From Octopus sinensis (lineage: Eukaryota), in NCBI RefSeq assembly GCF_006345805.1, contig NC_043003.1:35030001-35094000 (forward strand): a DNA stretch of 64,000 nt, written 5' to 3'. The position numbers and the translations under genes were made by a program. The notes under the pieces were generated by a model, which was not told the DNA's origin, searched no databases, and saw only the letters and a program-made list of their open reading frames with translations. Of this stretch, positions 13,777 to 27,252 are shown piece after piece; the first letter of the stretch is position 1, and each line of letters opens with the position of its first letter.

Positions 13777-16005
13777 GTGTGTGTGTGTGTATACATAAGT
13801 AAATACACACACGTGTGTGTGTGTGTCTAAACATTCATGCACACAAAGAAATCTAGATTAGCATATATTTTCCACATTAAAAGTTGCAGTACATACTGGC
13901 ATTAGAGACGTAACTCGTTTGTCAAATTAGCAAAACCAAATTATCTGTACGCTATATTCTCAATTCTCACCTGAAAATTTCACAGCTGACCACTAGCTTT
14001 GACCAACTGACCGTTACTAAATCCATACATGAACAAATTTAAGGCCACTTAAATAAAATGCCATCTTCACGAGCTGCATGAATGTCTTCCATCATTCTGG
14101 TTCTAGTATGTTATGCGTACTTGACATTGAATAACTTGTATTTGTTATTATCATTTCTGTTTCGAAAGGAACGATCTGTTATTGATGATCTTACTTCATT
14201 GTACTTCACTGCACTTGAATGAAGTACGTTGACGCTTTACATTTTTGAAGGTATTTAGTTACACTTCTTCACGTTGAAGTTCAAATCCCAAATTGACTTT
14301 TACTTCATTCTTCCAGTGGTGATAAAATAAAAGACGAATACTATTATTATTAAAATATATCATATTTTCTTGATTTTCTAATTTTGGGCTGAATCTGTCG
14401 TTTGTTTTAACCTCACCGTCTGGTGCCTTACATATATTTAGCATTATCCACTTATTTTCAAGCTTCAAGGTCATGTCACAAGTTTGTGTATACCTTCCAA
14501 AGTCACACCAATCTTGGACATTGCTATTTTACCTGAATAAATGATAACAAAATGACTGTGCTCTCAATTTTCGTCTCTGTCTGTCTGGCTAGCTGACTGT
14601 CAGTCTCTCTCCCCCCTCTCTCTCTCTCATTGAAAGATTTTGGCTTTGTTACTAAGTCTAAAGTGGTTTTCATGCCTTTTCTGATATATTTTTCTTCTCT
14701 TCCAATTTATTCCGTTTCTCTTCGCATATAGATCTATATGCAGAATAAGATTTGTTTGTTTCTGTATCTAGATATCTATGCAGATTTTCCATTTGAATGG
14801 AAAGGTGCCTATTTGTCATTGATTTTTTATTGTTTCCCACACGTAATGAAATATAATGCAATTAAGTATATTCCGGATTATCCAACGGAAAGTGTGTAAA
14901 CAATGTATACTCCAGTAGTAGATCGAAGTTCCCTGTAATGAGTGGCATTCAAATCATAACCATCTTCTTGTTCTCAAAGAACTGAGTATTTTGGATTACA
15001 TTATCAAACGCTGTTTTAAGAAAATAACGCTTGATTTGAGGGATATTTTGCGTATATCCCTATTAGATCAAATGACTTTTATAGTTTCACCGTTATTTAC
15101 ATTAAAGATAAAAAGAACTAGTTGAACTCTGTGGAATTCCAACACTAATCTAATAGGGACAAAACTATTTCAAAGAATGCCTACTAAAACTAAATACAAT
15201 CAAGTTACCTCATTCGTGTAGCTGTTTCCGAAATGACTTGGAATACCGGTGAAGTCGACAATGCCGTTGAAGAAAACATGGGATTATAAAATATATACTA
15301 CTCATATATTTTCTTTTTCTTTTTTATATATATTTCATTTTAATTTCATAACAAAAGTATGAAAGATAACAATATTCTATCCAGAGCTTTGGTGATATGC
15401 ATGAGGAATTTATCCTGATCGCTTAAAAAAACAGTATCGTCTTCTTTAGTAACATAATGCTGGGTGGTGTATTAAACCGTTAAACGGAGCAAATTCTATA
15501 GCGCTGCGTAAATAGAATCGACTGTTCTCTTTCCCAAATTGCCCACCTTTGGCTTATTTTTGAAATCAATATTTATAGTAAACTTTCACTTGTTTAATTT
15601 CTGAAACCATAATTGCTGCATACTTTATGCGTTATGTGTAACAATGATTGCACGATTAAAAACAGCCTGTATATATGATTTACATAGACAAATCATTATC
15701 TCATACTGAAGCATAACTTATGATTTCTGCCTACATGTCATTAAATTTAAACGTCTAAATGCAACCTTTGCAAAGTAATCACCTTAGCATAAACATAAAC
15801 CTACGAACATGCAAACCATAAATTAAGTACGAAAAATATGTTCTCGTTCAAATTAAAGAAGCTACATCATGTCGAATTTCGTAGATATTCAATAAGTTTT
15901 TAACTTATATAAGCGTAAACACATTCCAAAACACAAACACACTGACAAAAATAGTGAGCGTAACTTCTTATAAAGTTATTTACGTTCCTCTAAATATATT
16001 TCCTA

Positions 16006-16052
<47 letters not shown>

Positions 16053-16105
16053 TTCTCTCTCTCTATCTTTCTCTCGCTCCCCCTCTCTCTTTTTCTCTCT
16101 CTCCC

Positions 16106-16152
<47 letters not shown>

Positions 16153-16239
16153 CATATATATATTATATATTATATATACATATTCACCCACGTGCTTTCA
16201 CAAACCAACTTTCTTATCTATATATACATATATATATAA

Positions 16240-16560
16240 AGTTAATGCAAACATGAAAACTCCAAGAGAAAGCACAACAACGCGAGGACGTGGAACAAAT
16301 ATAGTATTATTGGACGCCCAGGAAGGAAGGGAAGAAGGAGTGTTTTACGTTTCGAGCGGAGCTCTTCATCAGAAACACAGGAAAAGGAAAGATCCCGAAA
16401 AGGGAAGACGGAGGAAAAAAATCGCCAACGGTAAACAGGCGGTATATAAGTGTATGTGCTTGTTGTGCGTTCATACAACATATATGAGCGGACACGCAAC
16501 TGACATAGTTTAGGAAACTGGGAAAAACTAGACAAGTGCAGAAAGTAACCGAGGAGAAGC
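16240..16560 (-). mobile_element. Penelope-like element terminal-repeat (pLTR) fragment carrying a hammerhead
   Basis: GC-richer block next to (TA)n; pyrimidine-rich run followed by a minimal hammerhead with loopless GAAACGTA, the architecture known for Penelope-like elements. No RT or GIY-YIG ORF seen. Confidence 0.55.
16340..16378 (-). ncRNA. Minimal type-I hammerhead ribozyme (Penelope type), apparently intact
   Basis: Minus strand reads GTGTTT CTGATGA A GAGC-TCC-GCTC GAAA CG TA AAACAC: perfect 6-bp helix I, canonical CUGAUGA and GAAA cores, 4-bp helix II, palindromic loopless helix III (ACGT) and GUA cleavage triplet. Confidence 0.8.
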
Positions 16561-16749
16561 ATTATGTATAACTAATAAAATAACCCTACTCTGGTGGAAA
16601 TAAATCCTGAGTGTTTGAAAGAAGTTAAAAAGGACGGTAGATTCTCCTTTCGATTTGTCGGAAATAGTTATAGAATATCATACACGAACTTTTACACACA
16701 AACACACACATACACACACATACATACACACATAAATACACACACACGC

Positions 16750-16793
<44 letters not shown>

Positions 16794-16959
16794 ATTATTA
16801 TATTACATATTTTTAGTATTATATTTTTAACATATATAATATTTATGTTATTATATATACATATCTATATACATATATGCATAATATATAAATATATATA
16901 TATATATTATATGTATGTATATATAAGTATATATATGTATATATACATATATACATACA

Positions 16960-17014
<55 letters not shown>

Positions 17015-17421
17015 AGTCAGAGGGAGAAGGAAAATTACGAGAGTACTAGAGAGAGACTTGTGTGCAAAAGTGCCATAATGACACATACAAAGAAGACGGC
17101 AAAAAAGCAAGAAAGAAAGTGAAAGGAAAGAATGGAAGAAGAATTTAGAGAAAGATAAAAGAAAAAATAATGAAAAGCAAGAGAGGATGGAAGTATGATT
17201 AAAGGGCTGAAGGAAAGGCAGAAGTAAAAACATTAATTGCTGTTGTTGAAAATATCCTTCTATAGGCGGTCAGTAATGACGTGTGGTCCAAGAACAGCTG
17301 CGCCTTGCACTGCATCCCGTACACAGTCAGCTCTCAGCATCATCATATACATTGAAACACTGGCTTAGATATTGGCAGAGAACATCGCATCTGCGCGTCG
17401 CAGCGACTCATTAAAGAAAAT

Positions 17422-17495
<74 letters not shown>

Positions 17496-18031
17496 AAATA
17501 TATAAAAATAAGAGATGGCGTAATAATGAAAATAAGAAGAGACAAAAATAATTAATGAAAGAACAGAACAAAAGGAAAGAAGAAACCAAGAAATCAATAA
17601 AGAAAATAAGAAGTAAAAAGAATGCAAGTTAAGAAATGGGGAAAGAGGGACAGACAGAAAGAGTTAAAGAAAAAGTAAAAGAATAAATGGAGCAGAAATA
17701 AAGAAAAGTACTTCCATATATCCAACATCTGTTTCAGCGATGTAATATTCGGTCATAGAGACCAACATTCCATATCTTGTCAACATTTGGACTACAGGGC
17801 AACGAAATGACAATTAGACGCTATACGATCAATAGGGTTTACATTTTCAAGGATTAGTTTTCAAAAACGTACAACCTGTCTTAACATTATTAGTCACTTG
17901 TGTGGCATACAATGTCTGCTTCTAATTCTCAGTATTTCTCTTCCCGTAGCCATCACCGTAAGCTGGGTTGTCGATTCCTAATTCATCAAATTCTACAACT
18001 TCCACGTTTAATTCTTCTTGTCTACTTCTTT

Positions 18032-18127
18032 TCATCTTCTCTCATCTCCCACTTCTCTCTCATTTAATCTCCTATGCTCCAGCATCTTTGACAAGTACAG
18101 GGAGTCTTTACGTGGTCTCTTGACTTG
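18032..18127 (-). CDS. Candidate terminal coding exon (QVKRPRKDSLYLSKMLEHRRLNEREVGDERR*)
   Basis: Acceptor TTTTACTCCTGTTTTTAG; phase-0 start matches the phase-0 end of candidate exon 20761-20810; no homology recognised. Confidence 0.2.
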   Translation of the reverse strand, partial: QVKRPRKDSLYLSKMLEHRRLNEREVGDERR

Positions 18128-18465
18128 CTAAAAACAGGAGTAAAATCTCCTTGAAATCAATCCTGTTGTCATAGGAATGGACAGGCACTGAATGGCATGC
18201 ATTCAGATAAACAATGCCCGAGGCTAAAAACAGGAGGGTCCCGGCTTCAAGTCTTTGGTAACCTGAATTATGGCTGCCTTGGAGCAAAAATGAGCAATTT
18301 GTTTTTAATGATGACCTAACTATACAATATATGCAAATATACACATATATATATGCACACGTCTTACATATATATACAACCACAGTACATATAATAAACA
18401 CATGTAGGAAATTGAGTCTATGTACACGCAGCATTCAAACACGCCACCACACACATGCAACTCAT

Positions 18466-18496
<31 letters not shown>

Positions 18497-19490
18497 CATA
18501 TACACACACACACCCACACACATATATATATATATATAATATCTATATATATATATATATTATATATGGACACAAGCTGAAAATAAACGAAAACAACAAC
18601 ACTTACCAGTTATACAATAAACATATCAAATCTAGTTTTCCGATAATAAACAATTTATGCCCTGAGAAAATACTCGAATAAACGATTCTAACACTACCCA
18701 GCAAAAATAAGAACAAAGAGTAAATTTAGCATCCTTATTCTTGTATGTAACAGATATTGTCGTTCAAAATCGACAGCGAAATACCTGTCTTAAACGCACC
18801 TTAAATTTAAGGTTAAATGACTTAAACAAAGATATTCTACTGAGCCTGGCGGATTTACTTTTAGATTTTAATAGTTTTTTTTTTCTAATTTCATTACAAA
18901 GAGATGATAATTTAGCTGGATATTTTTGTTGTGATTTCCACTTTCATATATTTACTTTTTGATGCTAAATACTTCAATTTATGATTCATTTCTTCTACAC
19001 TGAGCCCTAAGTTGGCATGATTGATCAGACCCCTTTTGTAAGTTATTGTAGCCATAACCATCCTGATATATTATGTACTATCCAATGACTACATATTTTA
19101 AGAGGTAGAATTCAAGTTGTAGATTCAACTGCTACTTCTAACGAGTTCAGTGACCACGTACAGTCTCTCTTCTTAATGTTTCCTTGTAAAAACCGATGTT
19201 CAAATTTTTTTAACTTTGAAAGGTTATTCTTCATTGAGTCTGCCTTCTAACTACTGGATTTTAAAACTTATGAGTATAGTCAGCTATTTCTAGTGAAATC
19301 TAATATACATTAACTATTAACGTAAAATAGTATTATTACTAGCGAATGCAAATAGCAAAAAAGAATTAGTTAGCTAGGATTATAGTAAGGCTGCAAAATA
19401 TTTGGGCAAGAACATGGCTGATTGAATTGACATCAGTTAATTCGAATATATTTTAGCGAGAGATAAAGAAAGCAAAATGCGCGTTGACTT

Positions 19491-19534
19491 TTGAAGGTAA
19501 TGTGATGTATCTAAATACATCACATTACCTTCAA
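19491..19534. repeat. Perfect 20-bp inverted repeat with 4-nt loop
   Basis: TTGAAGGTAATGTGATGTAT-CTAA-ATACATCACATTACCTTCAA. Confidence 0.95.
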
Positions 19535-20760
19535 TTTCTTACATAGAGACGAGGCAAGAAACTGGGGTAGCGTGGAATAAGATCGATTATACTGACTACA
19601 GCATATAGCCGGTGTTATATTTTTTGAACTCTAGAAGGATGAAAGGTAAGGATTTTCTCTGAACCTAAAGAGCAAGAACAGATACTGCAGTATTTTCTGA
19701 CATTACCAGCCAATCTATCAATAAACCGTCAGTAAATGGTTCTTTTACCGGATGTACACCGCATATCTGTTGCATACCATGTGGTCACACCACCGACTAC
19801 ACCAGAGAGGCCATATCGCAAGATATTCAGTTCAAAACTCAATCGTTTTTCACTGCCAACGAATTTTCTTCTGGCAGATAGTGATAATGCATCGTAAGTT
19901 AATTTTAATAGTAAAATATTTCTCCCAAAAGTTATCTCTGTATTTTTAATGACTTCGTTAATAGTTCATTAGCTTTTATGTTTCTTTTTTTAAGTAGTTC
20001 AATAACACATTCATCATTGTTAAATATTAGCCGCTTAGCGCCAAAAGCACCTCTCTCTCTCTAGTTTACTTATGAAGTAGACGCTGATTTCCGAATCATA
20101 TTTAGAAACGATATAAATATTGCATGAAAAAAAATGATTTATCATGTTATTGAATATTTAGTGCTATATGTCTAAATTTCACTAGCAAAAAATTTTCCGC
20201 TTAAATTATTTATTAAAATATACTGAACTTTGTGTAACTACGAGGAAGATGTCTCATAAAGTGTTGGTTTATAGACTTCGAAGTTTCAGAATCTTCAAAA
20301 ATAATGTACTCTGTTGTTTTGAATTAGAAGCTACCGAATAAAATTTTCACGGCACAGTGCATCAAATACACAATGGAATTTTAGTGAAGGTGAATAGGAA
20401 GGAATCGAATTCATATCATATTTTTATGCCAACACATACTTACATACACGTTGTGGTACTCAAAAGAGAACACACAGGTATACACGCGCGTGCACACATG
20501 TATATGTTCACATGTACGTACACGCATTTTATATATGAATATATTTGATATGCATTTATTCCATTTTCGAATATTTAAATCACTCTGTAATAAATTAATT
20601 CACATATAGAATGGAAAACAAAGCCGATATTCGTTAAACTTAGCCAACTTCTGCATCACCGCTTTTTATATATTTATTTATGCATTCATTTTTGCATTCA
20701 GCATATCTCACTGTTACAAAAAAGTTCACGTGCATCCAACAATGAAATATGGGTTCTTAC

Positions 20761-20810
20761 ATCTGGAATGCTTGCTTTTACCACCACATCACTAGTATTC
20801 TCGATCGTAT
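20761..20810 (-). CDS. Candidate 50-nt internal exon (xTIENTSDVVVKASIPD)
   Basis: Strong acceptor TTTTTATCTTATTTTATTAG and donor GTAAGA; only one frame open (phase 1 to 0). Confidence 0.3.
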
Positions 20811-21102
20811 CTAATAAAATAAGATAAAAAGTAAGAGTGATCCGACTGATCTGAAAAACCTTCCTTTTTAAGATAGCCTCCAGCATCTAACTTAACCGTC
20901 GGTCGTATCTGTACCATGCCTCTTCCTTCTGTCGTGACTACCACGCCCTCTGTTCTCTACCACTTAAATAATTATGCCGCTCTCGACAATGCACGCTCCA
21001 ACACTCCAATTATGTCTCCTTTCAAAACAGTTCACAACAAACCCAGCATGCACAATCTTTCTTTTGCAACAACATGTATGTTTTAAGCCAGCATTGAAAC
21101 AC

Positions 21103-21105
21103 TAT

Positions 21106-21168
<63 letters not shown>

Positions 21169-21247
21169 GTTATATCTTCTTCTTTTTCGTTTGCTTCATT
21201 ATTATTGAGTGAGAGAGCAGCACACGCCATTATCATTGTTATTATTA

Positions 21248-21289
<42 letters not shown>

Positions 21290-21290
21290 T
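21103..21290. repeat. (TAC)n and (TAT)n microsatellites
   Basis: Directly visible. Confidence 0.9.
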
Positions 21291-21898
21291 CATTTTCGTA
21301 AAATCTGTAACATAAATAATGCTTTATGCTTAATGAGACGAAAAATCGCAAATTCTGAAGTTCATGCAACGTGTGAAGTGAAGTAATATCAACCAGGAGA
21401 ATTTCAAGTTTTCGTCCGATGTGCACACTATTTTGAGTAAAACATTAGTGTGATTGAAATTCAGATTTATAGTTTCTCACATTAGTTCGGACGGGTAATT
21501 GGAATGACGTAAATTCAGACTCGAAACAAACAACCTGATTAATGTACCTGCTACAAACAAATTTTTTCTTTTTCATTTTCAAAAAAAAAAAAGCTCAAAT
21601 GTTCTCAATTCCTTTACTCAGGTATTAATTACGTAACTGAAGTGAATTGTTTTCAACCACGAAATAGAAACCATGTCACATACATTTAGGAATATTTACT
21701 TCAATACAAGCTAACTTTCTTTCTTAAACACACCCCAATATTCATAAATCTAAAGGAGGGTAAAAGGAATGTCACGATGTTCAAAACTTTCTCCAAGGAA
21801 ATTAGTAACCTCAGTGCTTTAGTAACCTCGTGCTTAACAACAATCTGTTCAACGGCACCATCGTAGTGCATTGGTTTTACTGTTACACGTTTCCTTAC

Positions 21899-21945
21899 TG
21901 CTGAATGGACTAGTGCATCGTGAAACGGCGTCCCCTCTGTAGATT
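21899..21945 (-). CDS. Candidate 47-nt internal exon (IYRGDAVSRCTSPFS or xSTEGTPFHDALVHSA)
   Basis: Acceptor ..ATAAGTTCAG, donor GTAAGG, CpG-rich relative to flanks; two frames open. Confidence 0.25.
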
Positions 21946-22376
21946 CTGAACTTATGTCGTTATGAATCAAAATCCAAAACTCTCACCAATAGACCAATAG
22001 GCCAGTTGTTTTCTGCTCGTGAGTATTTCAGATGTTACTTGTATATGTTTAGCATGTAACTTCTAAAATACTTATGAATATTGAATGCAGACCTACGATT
22101 ACCATAAGTAGCATTAACTGAACTAAGGGAATATTATAAACTTTAACATCCCGCACTTCAAATTCAAGATTGAAATTTTAGTATTCGAAGTTGAATACAT
22201 ATTTCTTTGTTTGAGATGGTACATCCAATATTAATTAGAAAGAATAATGTATATTGATCTTGAAAACACACTCACAATAAAAACTTATCAGAAAAAGGAT
22301 CAATGATAAAATAGTAACGCATATTAAAAATGAAGTATATCTACCCATAAATATATACATTCATATATATACACAG

Positions 22377-22456
22377 GTGTATGTATATATATATATGCAT
22401 GAAGTATGTGTATGTATGAGTGTGAAACTATATATATATATATATGTCTATATACA

Positions 22457-22525
<69 letters not shown>

Positions 22526-22963
22526 TATATATATATTATATATATATATATATATATAATTATCTATATGAATATCGAGTGTGATATAAGAGGACAGATA
22601 AAACAAATTTAATTACTCTTTAGATGACTTATTTGATTATAATACCTTAATCGATATAGAGTATTGCACCCTATATATTGATGTATGAAATCAAAGAAAG
22701 ACCGGTAAAATTCTAAAATAAAAAAGGTTGAAAATGAGAAAGAAATGTGGCAAGATATATATATCAATAAGTAAAATATATATGAGGCATGCGTGATATT
22801 ATTAAAAACACTGGAAATAGGAAGTATGTGTTAAATACTGCACATTTGTAAACAAGAATTTTAGTATATACATACATATATATATATATAATATATATAT
22901 ATATATATAGATATATATATATATATATATATATAGATATATATATATATATGTATATATATA

Positions 22964-23060
<97 letters not shown>

Positions 23061-23105
23061 CATGATTATATATATGCATGTATATATATATATATATATA
23101 TATGC
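22377..23105. repeat. Two large degenerate (TA)n arrays
   Basis: Directly visible at 22377-22560 and 22864-23105. Confidence 0.9.
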
Positions 23106-23902
23106 ACGAGTATTGTGCATATCCGTTTGCGTGCATACACACACACATATATAGGGAGGTAGATTTTTAGAGACAGCGTACGTAGAATCATAGATTTAAA
23201 TTTGAATAGGTATGTATGTATGTAGGTATGTATGTATGTATTGATGCATTTAAAATGAAAGACACAATCACAAATATCAAAAATTATATATCCCGAATTT
23301 CTCGTATTACACACGTATGTAAGAGTCCCAGGTATCATTTTATGTCATAGACAGGGATGAGCCTAACTTTTGAAATCTGTTCTGTTTTTCCTGCTGAGTG
23401 TATTTTGGCTACAAAGAAGGATAAGTCTATTCATCGAGAGGCAGTGCGAGTAGAATTTTGAAACTTAGTTGAAATACTCTGTCCTATCGAATACGAATGA
23501 TGGAATGTGGTGTGTCTGTCATTTACAGTATGTTCCGAACATGTATTCAATACCCTGGTGCTGAATACATGCTGGGATTTCTAAATGTGCGTATGCGCAA
23601 GATATGTCATTGCCCCAACACTTCATAAAACCAATTTGTTACACAATATTTTATGCTGATATTATTGTTTGCCACTTTAGAATTCGGTCTGTAACCATTT
23701 CAAATTCGTATGTATGTATGCATGTATGTATGAACGTATATATACATACATACGTACATTTTCACATTTAAATCTGTGATTTTACCCAATCTGTCTATTT
23801 ATCTCATCCCACCTATGTATATGTACGTCTGTGTGTGATTGTGTGTGCATGTACGCACTCAAACAATACTCGTACATACACACAAACACACACATATATA
23901 TA

Positions 23903-23946
23903 CATACAAATACATACGTACACACACATATAAATATGTGTATGTA

Positions 23947-23983
<37 letters not shown>

Positions 23984-24185
23984 TCACACGCACACACATA
24001 TATTTATACTTATAAAAATACACACATACATACAATATATATATATATATATTCATACATACAAATACATACGTACACACGCATATAAATATGTGTATGT
24101 ATGTATTTTGATGTGTATGTATATATATATATTCACTTGCACACACATATATATTTATACATATAAAAATACATTCACACACACA
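23903..24185. repeat. Tandem duplication, about 155-bp period, of microsatellite-rich sequence
   Basis: CATACAAATACATACGTACACAC...TATAAATATGTGTATGTATGT at 23903 and 24058. Confidence 0.75.
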
Positions 24186-24264
24186 CACACGTATATATAT
24201 ATATACATACACAAACACACACGTACGCGCATGGTTTATCTTTTATTTTGTCAACTACACAATA

Positions 24265-25015
24265 TAGTAGGGTCAGTTGGGCACCGTCTGTAAGAAACAC
24301 AGCACCATGACGCAATTCACTCTGCCAGAAACTTTGGAAACGATTTGCTTTACTGCTTAACCTTCAAACCGTAAGCTCCAATACGAACATTTCAGAGTGT
24401 TTAGGTGTCAATCTGAGGACATTGCAGGGTATTCGGAAAGAGTTAGAGGAATCTAATGGTGATTACGAAGGTATTTGGTGTGATCCCTAGTGATGGCAAC
24501 GTTATGCCTCCATTCATTTCCCCACACGGCCTCAGACTGAACAAGGAGGCCTACATCAAGTGCCTGGGGATGTAGTGATACCATGTGGCAAGAGAGTGGT
24601 TGCTGGAAGACACTATGTCTGGCAACAGCACTCTGCACCATGCCATACAAGCCAGAGAACCCAGTCATTGATGTCAAACAATGTCTACGACCACATCAAC
24701 CCTAAAATCTGGATGCATATAACTCGCCAGACTTGCGACCCTCTTCATTATTATATGTGGGGCGCAGTTGAGTGAGAGGCCAACAAAACACCATGTGACA
24801 TCAAAGATAAACTGAAGGCAATAATTATGGCAGCAATTCACCAACTTAAACAAAGAGACGGTCCAGAAGAGTTGCAGGAGATTCCGAAGTCGTCGGGAGG
24901 TCATAATTGAAGACAATGGCACTTTTATTGAATATATTTACCCATTAGTGTTTATAGATATTTTAATGTAATTTTTAAAATATATCTGCTGAAATGAGAT
25001 GTCAGTATAATTTTC
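24265..25015 (+). mobile_element. Decayed Tc1/mariner-superfamily transposase, maT (DD37D)-like
   Basis: Fragments SDGNVMPPFI, GLRLNKEAYIKCL, YVWQQHSAPCHTSQRTQ, NSPDL (shifted frame), PLHYYMWGAVE and KETVQKSCRRFRSR. Both visible catalytic D positions read H; spacing about 37. Confidence 0.85.
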
Positions 25016-25095
25016 ATTTTTGCGTATGTATGTGTGTGTGGTATGTATACACACATATATGTGCGTACACATGTGTGGTTATTATAATATATATA

Positions 25096-25126
<31 letters not shown>

Positions 25127-26414
25127 TATTGTTATATATATATATGTGTGTTTGCTGTGGCGTATGTGTGGTATGAACGAGTTGTATAAGATGTGCATTC
25201 AAAGAATCGTGCAGCAAAACCGTGCATACGTGCATACATACAGATACAAACAAATTTATATATATATATTATATATATATATATATTATATATATATATA
25301 TATATATATGCAAAACTATACATTCACTTAAGGCAGACAATGCATGCTATAGGACGTTAAAGGCTTTCATTTATCTAGTCTCGTCCATCCTCAGTTAATG
25401 GCAGTGTATCGCAGGAGTTGGAGAGGGAAAAAAACATCTCCATCATCATCAACAACTAGGACATCTGAAGTGCACCTTCAATTTGAAAGGTAACTTTACA
25501 ATATGCTGTGTGCTTGGTGCACAAATAAGGAAATTGAAGACAAATTAGAATAAATGATGATATGAATACTATGAACTTTCTCGTAATGTCGACTTAATGT
25601 GAAAATTCCTGTTTGGATGTTTCTATGTTGTTTGTGCTACATGCATTTTTGTCTCTCGATCTCCATACTTCTATAAGTTTGTGTATGTTTGTGCATCTAA
25701 GCGTGCATGTTTTTGCATGTGTTTGTACATGTGTATACTTGAGTGAATGAGTGTTTAAATAACTGGATGTGGATGCAAGTTTTTTGGAAAGGGACAGAGA
25801 GAGAGAGAGAGAGAGGGGTGAGAAAGTGAAAGACAGCGTTAAAGAGGAAAGTGGGGTTACTTACCTAGGCAGATAACATGTATGTGTATATGTGTATGTA
25901 GGTAATAAAGCTAGACATGTATAACAGACAGAGTATGTATGCATGTGTGTTTGTGTGTGTAGATGAGTATAAGTGTTTTGTGCGTGTGTGAGTGTGTGCG
26001 TGCGTTTGTGCGCGCGTGTGTGTGAGCGCGAGTTTCCGCATTCCCACATGTATGTGAAAGAAAGATTTAAGAAAAATATTGAGAGAAACAGAGATAAAAT
26101 GTCGCTAGATAGTCAAAGGTCAATGTGTATGTATACAGAAAAGAGAATATGAGAGAGAGAGAGAGAGAGAGAGAGTAAGAGAGAGAGATGAAGAAAGAGA
26201 GGGAAAGAAAAAGAGGGAGCGAGAGAAATTGAGTGAGGTAAAGGATGTTGGCGCTATACATTAGAAGTATTTCTCTATTTCTAAATCTGTGTATTCAAGT
26301 AAGCATCTGCTAATGGTGAAATGGTGAAATAGAAGGTGAAGAGTGATGGTAAAGAAAGAGTGGTGTATAGGAGATGAAGTTGTCGATGGTGATGTATCTG
26401 CGTATATTAAGTCT

Positions 26415-26422
26415 GAGTATAT

Positions 26423-26459
<37 letters not shown>

Positions 26460-26463
26460 TATG

Positions 26464-26528
<65 letters not shown>

Positions 26529-26579
26529 TATGTGTATATATATATATGTATGGATATATATATATATATATATATATAC

Positions 26580-26640
<61 letters not shown>

Positions 26641-26684
26641 TGTATGTATATATATATATATATATATATCGTATGTATATATAT

Positions 26685-26716
<32 letters not shown>

Positions 26717-26740
26717 TCATATATACATACATACATATAC

Positions 26741-26774
<34 letters not shown>

Positions 26775-26790
26775 CATGCGTGTGTGTATA
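26415..26790. repeat. Large degenerate (TA)n/(TG)n array
   Basis: Directly visible; source of several poly-YI ORFs. Confidence 0.95.
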
Positions 26791-27222
26791 TATGTAATGC
26801 ATATGTACATGTATATATGTGTTCCTATGAGTTCAACTATCTCTCTGTCCACCTACTTCACATACATGAACAGCAATTTGCGTATACTTTGGTGTTGTGT
26901 ATAAGAGTGCCTATGTGAGTAAGTGTATATGTGTGAGTCTTTGTTTCCATGTGTGTGTGTGTGTGTGTGCTTGTGTCTATGTGTGTGCCTGTGTAAAGTA
27001 GGAGAGTATAATCTGTTTCATTATTTCTCCTAGATTTCTGTTTTGGCTCTGTTACGTTTGTTCTTGTTCTTGTCTGTGCACCCCCGCTTCTCTCCCCAGC
27101 CACCCTCTAAATACATCTTGACAATGATAGATGATGGTTACAGTGTGTGACAGATAAAGTTGGATCATTTCGTCGCTAACGCCACCTTTATCATCAACAC
27201 TACCGTCATCTCCACACGTTAC

Positions 27223-27252
27223 TTGCCAGCTCTCTCATTCGAACGTCGAGCA
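27223..27252 (-). CDS. Candidate 30-nt symmetric exon (xLDVRMRELA or ARRSNERAG)
   Basis: Acceptor AATATTACTTTTGCCACAG, donor GTAACG, length divisible by 3, CpG-rich. Confidence 0.3.

Noticed and set aside
19736-19893. Plus-strand first exon MVLLPDVHRISVAYHVVTPPTTPERP.. with GTAAGT donor, phase-compatible with 25380-25489
   Set aside because: The antisense frame is equally open with its own splice signals, and no homology was recognised; cannot be separated from chance.
5210-25420. Partial matches to conserved miRNAs (miR-2-like near 5213, miR-124 seed near 7980, miR-34 seed near 25398)
   Set aside because: Short matches only, no precursor hairpin.
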